A DNA stretch of 64,000 nt from Caldilineales bacterium (GTDB taxonomy: Bacteria; Chloroflexota; Anaerolineae; J102), in contig JAIBAP010000007.1 in NCBI GenBank assembly GCA_019695115.1, forward strand, positions 48,793 to 112,792. Reading direction: 5' to 3'. Position numbers and translations under genes: made by a program. Within the stretch, counting starts at the first letter, position 1. Each line of letters starts with the position of its first letter. Below, piece after piece: positions 1 through 9,156 of the stretch. Under the pieces are notes generated by a model, which saw only the letters and a list, made by a program, of their open reading frames with translations, did not search any database and had not been told where the DNA came from.

Positions 1-379
1 GTCCTGCCATAAGTCACGGAGATGAGTGAGCATCAGCGACCAAACCAGAAGGCATGAGGAGAAAGGGGTGTTGGGTACGTATGCAATATCTTACATGAGA
101 CCGGCTTTCGTGTCAAGACCGGCGTAGGGGCTAGAGGCGCCGCGCGCGGCGGTGCGTACAGCATAGAAACCCCCGGAAATCGAGAACCTGTTCCTTCGCT
201 GTGTTCAGGACAAGCTCTGAGCGCAGCGAATGGATGCTTCACTGGTTGATCACTGCAACAACGTTGGCTGATCGACCCGTTCAGCATGACACGACGAGGC
301 GATTCTTGCTCGGGCGACATACCGCCACGAGACATGTGGTACTCAGTAGAAAGGCCGCGACGGGCAGGCCATCGCCGGC

Positions 380-700
380 GGCGGCAAGCATTGAACTCCC
401 ACCTTGTCTTTCCGAGCGGGTCGATCGGGCGCTCCCTCGCTTCGCGCAGCCAGCGAGGAATCCCCAAGCCCGAGAGAATTTGCCGCGCCATCGTGCAAAC
501 GTTGCAGCGGCAGCCCCGCCCGGTTGTGCTGGCCGGCCATTCCAGCACCGGGTACCCGCTGCAAGTCGCGGCCCCCACGTCGGCGGAGAAGATCGAGCGG
601 TTGATCTTCCTCAACGCTTTCATCCTCCCCGAAGGCTTTGCCCAGTTCGACCTCGTCCCCCAGAGGCAGCGCAGGGCGCCTTGCTCGGCCGGCCGATGCG
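380..700 (+). pseudogene. Possible remnant of an alpha/beta-hydrolase (nucleophile-elbow region only)
   Basis: In the frame of ORF 286..3351 the segment PVVLAGHSSTGYPLQVAAPTSAEKIERLIFLNAFILPEG resembles the GHSxG elbow and following strand of alpha/beta hydrolases. No credible N- or C-terminal parts flank it, and downstream the frame runs antisense into the next gene. Confidence 0.25.
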
Positions 701-825
701 ACCACAGCCTGAATTACGGCCCGCACCCATTGTCGGCGTACAGGCTCCTCCCTCTCACCCTGGCGCGGCAGGACAGAGCGACCCCGCTTGCATCTGGCCG
801 TAAGAGCAAGCGTCGGCGCTTCCGC

Positions 826-3303
826 CTATCGCCTCACCGCCGGCAGATAGGTCACGGCCAGCGAAGCGGTCTCATCGCCGATCAGCAGCACGCCGCCGCT
901 GTCGGCCCGCTGGCTGCCGCCCGCCTGCACGGTGACGCGCACGCCGCCGGCCGCGGGAGCGGTCTGCACGGTGTAGCCGGCGCCCGGCGTCAGCCCGGTG
1001 ACCAGGTGGCGGGTCACGCCGGCCGGGGCGACGTAACTGAACTGCGCCGGGGCCGGGCCGAGATCGACCGGGAAGAGCACGGCCGTCCCGCGCACGGCCG
1101 CGCCCTCGAACGCCGCCTCCTCGCTGCGGATGAGCGCAGCGGGATCGGCGCTGGCGCCGGCGTCCGCGCCTTGCAGCACGTGCAGGAAGCGCACGGCCTG
1201 GGGGTTGCCCGGCGCATCGACGCGCAGCCGCACCTTCATCGGGTCGTTGGCGGCGGCCGTGTCCTCGATGTGTTGCTCGTTGGTGTTCACCGCCGTCAGC
1301 GCGGCGTTGGCAGGCAGCAGGGCGGTGACGAACAACTGCTGGCCGGTCGCGGTCTGCATGGCCGCGCGGTTGCCGTCGATCGTCGCCGGCGCCGGCAGTT
1401 GCAGCCACCAGCGTTTGAAGCGATTCGTTTTCGCGGTCGCGGCGCGGTCGTAGACGACGATGTGATCCGGTTCGAGCCAGACCAGGGCGCGGCTGGCGTG
1501 GGTCACGTCGCTGGCGCTTTCGTTCGGCGCATTGTAGAGGTTGGTGGCGTCGCCCAGGGCGTAGGTGTAGGACGCGGCGGCGCTGTGGGCCAGCCACAGC
1601 GGATCGCCCGCCGACACGTAGTTCCACTGCGAACCGCGCCGCCAGAGGTCGATCCGCCAGTCGTCGTCCTCGCGGTCGGCCGGGCGATCGTTTTCGATGG
1701 CCACAGCGTTGTAGAACTCGGAACTGGCGATGCCCTCGGCGATGTCGGCATAGCCCACCCGCCCTTTGGTCAGCCACTCGCCCCCGCGATAGAAGGCGAA
1801 ATGATTGCCATCGGCCATCTGGTGATCGATCGAGTTCCAACTCAGGCTGAAGGTGAGCCAGGCGGCGTCCTCGCCCCAGCCGCTGCGGCTGAAGAGGCGA
1901 TTCAGCCCCGGCGCCAGGTAGTCGGGGGCCAGGGCCGGACGCGGGTCGGTGGCGGGCGCGGCGGCCGGGTCGTAGAGCATGAAGTAGAGGATTGCCTCGC
2001 GGAAGTCGTTGGGATTGCGCACGCGCTCGGCCAGCAGCTCGGCGCCGCCGGGCGCGGTGTGCGTTTGCAGCCAGCGCACGGTGTTCAGCCGGGCCGCATC
2101 GCCGGCGACGAGGTCATAGAGGCCGATGGGCGCGAAGGCGCTGATGAAATCGGGCAGATGGTAGGTCTGGCCGTCGCCGTAGAAGGCCGGCTGGTAGAGG
2201 GTTCCACCCTCCTCACGCGCCGCCGGGGCCGGGCTGAGCGAGTGCAGATAGCCGGTCAGGCTCTGGCTCCAGAAGGGGTTGGCGGCCAGGGTGGCGGCCG
2301 CGGGGTAGCTGGCGCCGGACGTGTGCAACGCCAACAGGAATTGGGTGACGTAGCCGATGGTCTGCGGGCTGTATTCCAGCCCCTCGGGCAGCAGCCCGCC
2401 GCGGCTGTCGTGGCGGGTCAGGTGCTCGAAGATGTAGAGATAGGCGCCGATCGCGTTGTTCAGGTACGCGGCCAGGCTGCCATCCGCATCATCGGCGGGG
2501 TCGAGCGCCAGCGCCATCAGCCCCAGGTTGCGCATGTGGGCGGCGTAGTAGTTGTTGGCGCTGAAGCGCACCTGCTGTGGGTCGGCCAGCAGCGCCGGAT
2601 CGTCCATCAGCCCCACCGGCTCCGGGTGATGGTAGCCGCGGGTGATCACCTCGCCCGACCAGCGCAGGAAGACCTTGCGGATGGTGGCCTTGTCCGCGGC
2701 GCTGAGCGAGGGGTAGATCCAGTCCACGGTCAGCGGGAAGGCCTCGCCGTGGTAGCGGATGCGGTCGCGGTCTTCGGTGGCGAAGTCGGGGTGGCGGAAG
2801 GGCGGGTATTGCTGCGAGCCGTTGCAGGTGTAGTTCTCGGCGCTCGCCGGGCCTTTGGCGGCTTCGTTCATGACGTGCATGAGCAGGGAGCGGGCGCGGG
2901 CGGCGTAGTCGGCGCGGGCGGCGGCGTCGTTCTCGACCAGCGAGAGGAAGGCGAACAGCTCGGCGTACATCTCGGTGGGATACTCCTCATAGCCGACATT
3001 GCCGCAGTCCTGGTCAGGGACGCGGTTTTCGTCCATGTCCTGCACCGCCCGTGCGGCCAGCAAGGCCAGCCCGTCGCGGTAGAGCGGGTTGCTGGCGCTG
3101 GCCCAGGCGCGCAGCCGCGGCAGGTCGGCGGCGGTGAGCCACAGCCGCGGGTGGCCGGCGGCGGTGGCGTCGCCCGTCGCCGGCGCCGGCGGCGCCTCGT
3201 CCGGCTCGGTGGCGGCGCGCGTCGGCTGGCCGCCCAGACAGGCGGTCAAGAAGAGGAGGATGAGGAGGGCGACGATGCGGGGCATGAGAAGGGGCTTCCT
3301 CAT
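826..3303 (-). CDS. Heparinase II/III-like (alginate-lyase superfamily) polysaccharide lyase family lipoprotein
   Basis: The real start is MRKPLLMPRIVALLILLFLTAC (lipobox) at 3303, not the upstream ATG of the track ORF. The ~825-aa protein carries a DHQMADGNHFAFYRGGEWLTKGRVGY segment like Hepar_II_III family proteins. Its start overlaps the stop of the upstream lipoprotein gene (ATGA). Confidence 0.55.
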   Translation of the reverse strand: MRKPLLMPRIVALLILLFLTACLGGQPTRAATEPDEAPPAPATGDATAAGHPRLWLTAADLPRLRAWASASNPLYRDGLALLAARAVQDMDENRVPDQDCGNVGYEEYPTEMYAELFAFLSLVENDAAARADYAARARSLLMHVMNEAAKGPASAENYTCNGSQQYPPFRHPDFATEDRDRIRYHGEAFPLTVDWIYPSLSAADKATIRKVFLRWSGEVITRGYHHPEPVGLMDDPALLADPQQVRFSANNYYAAHMRNLGLMALALDPADDADGSLAAYLNNAIGAYLYIFEHLTRHDSRGGLLPEGLEYSPQTIGYVTQFLLALHTSGASYPAAATLAANPFWSQSLTGYLHSLSPAPAAREEGGTLYQPAFYGDGQTYHLPDFISAFAPIGLYDLVAGDAARLNTVRWLQTHTAPGGAELLAERVRNPNDFREAILYFMLYDPAAAPATDPRPALAPDYLAPGLNRLFSRSGWGEDAAWLTFSLSWNSIDHQMADGNHFAFYRGGEWLTKGRVGYADIAEGIASSEFYNAVAIENDRPADREDDDWRIDLWRRGSQWNYVSAGDPLWLAHSAAASYTYALGDATNLYNAPNESASDVTHASRALVWLEPDHIVVYDRAATAKTNRFKRWWLQLPAPATIDGNRAAMQTATGQQLFVTALLPANAALTAVNTNEQHIEDTAAANDPMKVRLRVDAPGNPQAVRFLHVLQGADAGASADPAALIRSEEAAFEGAAVRGTAVLFPVDLGPAPAQFSYVAPAGVTRHLVTGLTPGAGYTVQTAPAAGGVRVTVQAGGSQRADSGGVLLIGDETASLAVTYLPAVRR

Positions 3304-4070
3304 CACATCGGCGCCGCAATGGTGATGGTGGGGTCGTATTCGATGGTCTGAACCGTCGTGGATTGGACGCCCCCGGCCTCGCCCACCACTTCCTGCTTCA
3401 CGGGCACCCCGCGCCTGGCGCTGACCCACAGCTTGACCGCGCTGACGACCTGGCTGCCCGACCCCAGGTCGGTGGTCGAGGTGTAGGTGTAGACGTTGGT
3501 CGGCTCACCGTCCACCGTATCCGTCCCGGCCGTCCCGGCCTTGCTGATCGTGCCGATGAGTTGATCGACCGCAAGCGCCGGAAAGGCCGATTGCAGCATC
3601 TCCTTGCCCGATACCGGCAACACCGACCAGGCGCCGTCGCGCTTGCTCCAGACGGCGTCGCCGATGACGATGGTCTCGCTCTCGAAGCTGGCGGTCGTCA
3701 TCATGGTGTGCAGCTTGTCCGGCGGGATCATCTCGCCCACCAGGTTGATCGTGTCGCTGCCGGCGACGATGGTGGTCTTGGTGCGATAGGGGCCGGCCTG
3801 GAGCAGGGCCTGGAGGGCGGCGACAATGGCATCCTGCGGGCTGCCAACCGGCGCCGGAACCGCGGTCGGCGCGGGGGTCGCTGTCGCTGCGGGGGCAGCG
3901 GTGGGAGCAACGGTCGGCGCGGGGGCCGTGGTGGCGGCGGGGGCGGATGTGGCTGCCGGCGCGGCGGGGGCGGTGGTCGCCGCCGGCGCAGAGGTGGGCG
4001 CGGCGGGGCTGCCGCCACATGCGGCCAGCAACAGGGTCAGGACGAACAGAGCGACGAGCAGAGGTTTCAT
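3303..4070 (-). CDS. Secreted lipoprotein with Ala/Pro/Thr-rich linker, unknown function
   Basis: MKPLLVALFVLTLLLAAC lipoprotein signal at 4070, confirmed by cat at 4068-4070. An (APATSAPAATT)n linker is followed by a ~170-aa globular domain. The gene is translationally coupled to the downstream lyase-like gene. Confidence 0.5.
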   Translation of the reverse strand: MKPLLVALFVLTLLLAACGGSPAAPTSAPAATTAPAAPAATSAPAATTAPAPTVAPTAAPAATATPAPTAVPAPVGSPQDAIVAALQALLQAGPYRTKTTIVAGSDTINLVGEMIPPDKLHTMMTTASFESETIVIGDAVWSKRDGAWSVLPVSGKEMLQSAFPALAVDQLIGTISKAGTAGTDTVDGEPTNVYTYTSTTDLGSGSQVVSAVKLWVSARRGVPVKQEVVGEAGGVQSTTVQTIEYDPTITIAAPM

Positions 4071-4403
4071 CGAGAGAGCTCCTGGGTGGATGGGAAGAGA
4101 ATGTGCGGTGGGAAATTGCGGCGCTTGAGGGTTGGGCCGGCATCGTACAGGCCAGGAGCAAGTGTAGCATAGAAAGCATTCCCATTTGTCCGGCGTGTAG
4201 GAGACCATCTACCAGACCTCCTGGCCGGCAGGCGCGCCCCAATCGACTTCGGCCGGCTCAAGGTCAGGTGGGAGGGCGGCTACCAGGGTCGCGATATCGA
4301 AACGGCCATGGACGCTCGCTGCTGGTTCGATGATGATCTTGCCGTCGGCCACGGTGATGTTGACTTTGTCATTGGTCAGCAAGGACACCGCCGCTTCACT
4401 CCC

Positions 4404-5201
4404 TCACGCCCACCGGGTCAGGATCGCCTCACGATCGAAGATGCGCACCGCCAGCCACGACAGGATGACATCGAGCACAAGGGCGAGGAGGGCGAAGACG
4501 AAGACCAGCGCCTGGCTGAGGTAGAACCAGCCGATGACCTGGCCGAAGAAGACGATGAGGATGGGAAAGACGACCAGCGAGGCGATCTGCTGGGCCACGC
4601 GCGGGTCGGTGCTGCGCGACGAGACCATGATCGCCAGGTTGACCGAGAGCACCGCCAGCACGGGGCCGAGGATGAAAACGGCGACCAGCCAGCGGGCCTC
4701 GAACAGACGGGCGAAGACAGCCGGGTCGGAGATGATCAGCCGGGCGCCGAGGGCGAAGACGCCGAAGGCCAGCCAGGTGGAGGCGATGGCCGGCAGAGTG
4801 GCGGCCAGGTTCTTGCCCAGCAGCAGGTCGCCGGTGCTGATCGGGGTGGCCAGCAGCGGTTCGAGCGTGCGCTGCGTCTTCTCGCCGACGATGGTGTAGG
4901 GGGCGATGGTGGCGGGGATCAGCAGCGGCAGCATCATGAACAGGACGATGAACTGGCTGGCGATGAAGACCTGGGTGCAGGCGCCGGAACTCAGTCCCTG
5001 GCAGAACTGCGCCATCTGCGGCGGCAGGGCGCTGGCCGCCTCATCGACGGCGCCTTCATAGCCGCCGGTGGACCAGAGGATGACCAGAGGCAGAGCGGCG
5101 AAGATGATGGGCAGGAATAGCACCGAGAGGACGATGAGGGTGTCCTTGTAGAGTTCGGCCCATTCTTTGCGCACGATGGCGCTGATGTCGCGTAGGTTCA
5201 T
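4404..5201 (-). CDS. ABC-2 type transporter permease
   Basis: 265 aa with six hydrophobic segments and an ABC-2/NatB-like pattern. It lies immediately downstream of the ATPase gene on the same strand, with an ATG at 5199-5201. Confidence 0.75.
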   Translation of the reverse strand: MNLRDISAIVRKEWAELYKDTLIVLSVLFLPIIFAALPLVILWSTGGYEGAVDEAASALPPQMAQFCQGLSSGACTQVFIASQFIVLFMMLPLLIPATIAPYTIVGEKTQRTLEPLLATPISTGDLLLGKNLAATLPAIASTWLAFGVFALGARLIISDPAVFARLFEARWLVAVFILGPVLAVLSVNLAIMVSSRSTDPRVAQQIASLVVFPILIVFFGQVIGWFYLSQALVFVFALLALVLDVILSWLAVRIFDREAILTRWA

Positions 5202-5235
5202 TGGTTAGACCCAGGTGGCTTTGGAAACACTGCCT

Positions 5236-5310
5236 CGAAGGACGAAGGACAAATGACGATGGACGAAGCGGATCGGCTGGAGGGAGGATCCACTGCCATC
5301 CGTCATCCGC
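5236..5310. repeat. Repeated ~70-bp element, copy A (core GACGAAGGACnAAnGACGATGGACGAAG...CTGGnGGnAGGA)
   Basis: Shares a ~55-nt conserved core with 26899..26982. It sits in the 100-nt gap between the ABC ATPase and permease genes. Confidence 0.7.
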
Positions 5311-6229
5311 CCTGGCGCATGAGCTGGAGATAGACATCCTCGAGCGAGTGGCGCAACTCGCCCACGAACTGCACATCGGCCCCGGCAGCCACCAGGGCGC
5401 GAATGATGTCGGGGTTGGTGCGGTCGGGGTCGCCGAGACGCACCAGCAACCGGTTGTCGATGGCTTCGGCGCTCTGGACATCGGGCAGGGCGGCGATCTG
5501 GGCGGGCAGGGCGGGCGGCAGGGCGCGGAGATGGTAGACGACCTGGCGACCGAAGATGCGCCGGCGCAGGTTGGCGGGCGTATCCACCACCAGCAGCCGG
5601 GTCTTGAACACGGCCACGCGGTCGCACAACCGCTCGGCCTCGTCCAGGTTGTGGGTGCAGAGGAAGATGGTGCGGCCCTGCCCGCGCAGCCCATCGATGG
5701 CATCGCGCACCAGGGCGGCAGCTTCGGGGTCCAGCCCGGCGGTAGGTTCGTCCAAGAAGAGCAAGGCGGGTTCGTGCAACAAAGCTCGCGCCAGGGCCAG
5801 CTTCTGCCGCATCCCCTTGGAGAAGGACCCCACCTCATCCTCCCGCCGCTCCCACAGCCCCAACAGGCGCAGATACTTCTCGACCTGCCCCTCCAGGTCT
5901 TCGCTGCCGTAGAAGCCGCCAAAGAAGCTCAGGTTCTGGCTGGCGCTCAGGCGGTCGTACATCCCTGGCGTCTCGGTCAGCAGGCCTACGCTGCGCCGGA
6001 TGCCCGTGCTCTCGCGGCCGACTGTATAGCCGTTGACCACGGCGCTGCCGCTGCTGGGGCGGATGAGGCAGGCCAGGAGGCGGATGGTGGTCGTTTTGCC
6101 GGCGCCGTTTGGGCCCAGGAAGCCAAAGACTTCGCCCCGCCCGACATCCAGGCTGAGGTCATCGACGGCCGTCAGGGGGCCGCCCTCTTTGCGGGCGAAG
6201 GTGCGGGTGAGGTGTTCGGTGTGGATCAT
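5303..6229 (-). CDS. ABC transporter ATP-binding protein
   Basis: Walker A GPNGAGKTTT, signature LSKGMRQKLALA and Walker B LLFLDEPTAGLD are present, with an ATG at 6227-6229. Confidence 0.9.
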   Translation of the reverse strand: MIHTEHLTRTFARKEGGPLTAVDDLSLDVGRGEVFGFLGPNGAGKTTTIRLLACLIRPSSGSAVVNGYTVGRESTGIRRSVGLLTETPGMYDRLSASQNLSFFGGFYGSEDLEGQVEKYLRLLGLWERREDEVGSFSKGMRQKLALARALLHEPALLFLDEPTAGLDPEAAALVRDAIDGLRGQGRTIFLCTHNLDEAERLCDRVAVFKTRLLVVDTPANLRRRIFGRQVVYHLRALPPALPAQIAALPDVQSAEAIDNRLLVRLGDPDRTNPDIIRALVAAGADVQFVGELRHSLEDVYLQLMRQGG

Positions 6230-6316
6230 GTGCGTGATGCGTGGGTGCGTGTTCCGTGCGTCGGCGGAGTTCCGTGTTGCGTGGTGCGTGTTCCCTGCGT
6301 CGGCGGGGTTCGCCCC

Positions 6317-7156
6317 CTACGTGCGCAGGTCGCCGCCATCAGGGGTCGGCGGGGGGATAGGGATCGACTGCGCCGAGGGAGGCTGCGCGGCGCGTCCGGG
6401 TTGATCACGCAGGGCGAAGATCACGCCCAACGCGGCCAGGGCAAACAGCGCCAACAGCCCCTCGGCGGCCAGCGGCCCCCAGCGCGTCAGGACATAGACC
6501 GCCACCGTGTTGCCGGCCCAATGCCAGAGGATGGCGAAACCAAGCCAGCGCCACTGCCGGCGTAAAAAGACCTGCATCACTAACACCGCCAGTGCCAGAT
6601 GGGTGATGAGGGCAAAGACGCGCTCGACCGCGCCCAACAGACTCATATACCACGGCGCCGTCCAGTAGGCGCTCAATTGCGACTGCACGGCGGCCAATTG
6701 TTCGGCAGGTAGCGTGGAGAGCAGGGCCGGGTTGTCTCGTAGTAGCACCAGGTTCACATAGGCGATGGCGGCCAGCAGCCCGGTGATGATGGCCTCGATC
6801 CCGCCCCACCCCGCCCCGAACATCAGGGCCGCATCCCGCGACCGCGCCTCTTTGAGCGCGAACCTGAGCATGAGATAGCGCATCGGCTCCTCGCAGATGG
6901 CCGCGGTCAGGCCCAGGACGACGGGGTTGAACAACGGCTGCCAGCCTTCGGGCGGCGCCGGCAGCAATCCCTGCCGGAAGGCCAGGGTGAGGCCGGCGTT
7001 GAGGGGGATGTGAAAGACCTGCGAAAGGACGAAGCCGATGGCGCCGACGAGGAAGAAGCGCCAGGGTTGGGTCAGCCGCCGGGCCAGGAACCAACCCAGG
7101 GCCAGCGGCATCAGCAGCATCAAGGTAAAGTTCAGGGCATAGGTAACGTAGAGCAC
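6317..7156 (-). CDS. CPBP/YhfC-like intramembrane metalloprotease family membrane protein
   Basis: Polytopic membrane protein with the motifs ICEEPMRY (EExxR), FALITH and ILWHWAGN (HxxxN). The likely start is a GTG at 7156 preceded by GAGGA 4 nt upstream. The upstream part of the track ORF (to 8113) is a shadow of the MFS gene. Confidence 0.5.
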   Translation of the reverse strand: MLYVTYALNFTLMLLMPLALGWFLARRLTQPWRFFLVGAIGFVLSQVFHIPLNAGLTLAFRQGLLPAPPEGWQPLFNPVVLGLTAAICEEPMRYLMLRFALKEARSRDAALMFGAGWGGIEAIITGLLAAIAYVNLVLLRDNPALLSTLPAEQLAAVQSQLSAYWTAPWYMSLLGAVERVFALITHLALAVLVMQVFLRRQWRWLGFAILWHWAGNTVAVYVLTRWGPLAAEGLLALFALAALGVIFALRDQPGRAAQPPSAQSIPIPPPTPDGGDLRT

Positions 7157-7252
7157 GATATCCTCGCAGCGAATGCGTCGAGCGTTGTTTGGGCGATTAT
7201 AGCACGTTAGCGTTAAGATGCACGATTGGACACCCGCCCACAAAGAGGTGCA

Positions 7253-8614
7253 ATGGCCAAACTCCCTCCTCCCCCGCCTGCCTTGCCGCCCACCCACCAG
7301 CCTGCCCGACCTTCCCGCTGGCCGCAGACCTTTCGCTCGCTGCGGCACCGCAACTACCGGCTGTGGTTCTTCGGCCAGGGACTTTCGCTCATCGGCACCT
7401 GGATGCAGACCGTGGCCCAGCAGGTGCTCCTCTATCGCCTGACCGGTTCTGCCGCCGCCCTCGGTCTGGCCAGCTTCATCGGCCTCATCCCCCTGGCGCC
7501 GCTGGCGCTGTGGGGCGGGTCGATGGCCGACCGCTTCCCCAAACGCCGGGTGTTGCTGATCACCCAGGCGGCCATGCTGGCCCAGGCGCTGGCGCTGGCC
7601 GTGCTGACCTTCAGCGATGCCGTGCAGGTGTGGCAGGTGTATGTGCTGACGCTGGCCCTGGGTGCGGTGCAGGCCATCGATATCCCCGTGCGGTTGGCCT
7701 TTACCTCCGAGATGGTGGATGCCACGGGGGATCAGCGAGCGAGCCGGGAGGATCTGACCAACGCCATCGGCCTGAATGCGGCCATCTTCAACGCTGCCCG
7801 GGCAGTGGGGCCGGCCCTGGCCGGCCTGACCGTGGCGGCGGTGGGCGAGAGCGCGGCCTTCTTCATGAATGGGCTGAGTTTCATCCCCGTCATCGTCAGC
7901 CTGCTGTTGATGCGCGGGCTGCCTGCCGCCGAACGAAGCTCGCTTGGCGCCGGCGGCGTCGCTCATCACACGGCGGCCGGGGTTCGGTTCGTCATCCAGC
8001 AGCGCACCCTGTTGATCCTGGTCAGTCTGGTGGCGGTCAGCGCCCTGCTGGCCATGCCCTTCAACACACTCATGCCCGTTTTCGCCAGCGAAACCCTCAA
8101 CCAATCGGCCCAACCGGTGGTGGAGGCGCTTTGTTCGCGCTGGTTAAGCTGCCAGACGCCCGCCGCCCTGCCGCTGGGGATGTTGCTTTCGGTGGTGGGG
8201 GTGGGGGCGCTGGTGGGGGCGCTTTCGGTGGCCTCGTTGCCAGCCCAGGCCCGCCGCGGGCGCATGCTCACCATCGGCAACCTGGTCTTTCCGCTCATCC
8301 TGCTCGCCTTTGCGCTGACCGATTCCTTTGCGCTGGCGCTGCTGTTGATGTTCGGCGCCGGCGTCAGTTTCGTCTGGCAGAATGCGCTGGCGAACACGCT
8401 GATCCAGATCCACACGCCCGACCGCTTGCGCGGGCGCGTGCTCAGCCTTTATTCGTTCACGTTTCAGGGGATGATGCGGGTGGGGAGTTTGCAGGCCGGG
8501 TTCATGGCCGACCGCCTGGGCGCAGGGCTGGCGCTGGGGATGGGCGCGGCCGTGGCCCTGGTCTATGGCCTCTACATGGCTGTCCGCTATCCGGCGGTGC
8601 GCGAGTTGGCGTGA
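7253..8614 (+). CDS. MFS transporter (EntS/MFS_3-like)
   Basis: 12-TM profile with an N-terminal RNYRLWFFGQGLSLIGTWMQ segment typical of the MFS_3 family. The ATG at 7253 is preceded by AAGAGG, whereas the track start at 7226 is a TTG. Confidence 0.8.
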   Translation: MAKLPPPPPALPPTHQPARPSRWPQTFRSLRHRNYRLWFFGQGLSLIGTWMQTVAQQVLLYRLTGSAAALGLASFIGLIPLAPLALWGGSMADRFPKRRVLLITQAAMLAQALALAVLTFSDAVQVWQVYVLTLALGAVQAIDIPVRLAFTSEMVDATGDQRASREDLTNAIGLNAAIFNAARAVGPALAGLTVAAVGESAAFFMNGLSFIPVIVSLLLMRGLPAAERSSLGAGGVAHHTAAGVRFVIQQRTLLILVSLVAVSALLAMPFNTLMPVFASETLNQSAQPVVEALCSRWLSCQTPAALPLGMLLSVVGVGALVGALSVASLPAQARRGRMLTIGNLVFPLILLAFALTDSFALALLLMFGAGVSFVWQNALANTLIQIHTPDRLRGRVLSLYSFTFQGMMRVGSLQAGFMADRLGAGLALGMGAAVALVYGLYMAVRYPAVRELA

Positions 8615-8637
8615 GCGGGTGGCAGGTGCGGCGCCAT

Positions 8638-8670
8638 AGGTGCGACGCACTTCCAAAGTGCGTCGCACCT
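8638..8670. repeat. MITE/REP-like palindromic element, copy 1 (AGGTGCGACGCAC-ttccaa-AGTGCGTCGCACCT)
   Basis: Perfect 13-14 bp terminal inverted repeats, 3' of the MFS gene. Confidence 0.85.
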
Positions 8671-8789
8671 GATGCTCGTCACGAGCACCCAATTTTGCAC
8701 CGCTCCCCCCCTCGCTGCTGATGGTTCAAGCATCATGATGTGCTATACTGGTGGCAGAGAAGTCAATTGCACCACGGAGATAGACATTG

Positions 8790-9149
8790 ATGGCAACCTC
8801 CCTTGTTCTGGATATTTCGGATGACCTGGCAGAGCAGCTGCGACCGGTTGGCGACCGCCTGACGCGCATCCTGGAATTGGGTTTGCGCGAATATCGCGCT
8901 TCGAGCGAGAATGGCTTCAAGGGCATGGCCGAGGTGTTGGAGTTTCTTGCCACCTTGCCTGCACCCGAAGACATCCTGGCCTTGCACCCAGCCGCTTCAC
9001 TGCAAACGCGCATCAGTTATCTGCTGGATAGAAACCGGACGCCAGGGTTGACGCCTGCCGAAGCGAGCGAGTGGGAACAGTATCAGTATCTGGAGCATTT
9101 GGTGCGCATGGCCAAACTCAATGCGCATCTCAAGCTAGAGCACGCCTGA
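8790..9149 (+). CDS. Small protein with RHH-like N-terminus (possible antitoxin/partner of the HNH protein)
   Basis: 119 aa. The N-terminus SLVLDISDDLAEQLR..RILELGLREY resembles ribbon-helix-helix antitoxins. GGAGA lies 9 nt upstream of the ATG, and the stop is 7 nt before the HNH gene start. Confidence 0.4.
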   Translation: MATSLVLDISDDLAEQLRPVGDRLTRILELGLREYRASSENGFKGMAEVLEFLATLPAPEDILALHPAASLQTRISYLLDRNRTPGLTPAEASEWEQYQYLEHLVRMAKLNAHLKLEHA

Positions 9150-9156
9150 CGATGGC

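Noticed and set aside
286-3351. 1021-aa plus-strand ORF spanning the lyase-like gene
   Set aside because: It is extremely Arg/Gly/Ala/Val-rich and low-complexity, antisense to a well-supported minus-strand gene (lipobox start, domain motifs). This is a typical high-GC shadow ORF; only a short upstream piece (380-700) looks like a real gene remnant.
3728-4172. Pro/Arg/Gly-rich ORFs (3728..4018, 3363..4172, 3826..4128) inside the lipoprotein gene
   Set aside because: These are alternative-frame translations of the (GCN/CCN)n stretch encoding the Ala/Pro/Thr linker. They overlap the lipoprotein, which has a proper signal peptide and globular domain.
5201-6565. 454-aa plus-strand ORF opposite the ABC ATPase gene
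   Set aside because: Antisense to a gene with canonical Walker A, signature and Walker B motifs. Its composition is G/A/Q-rich with no motifs.
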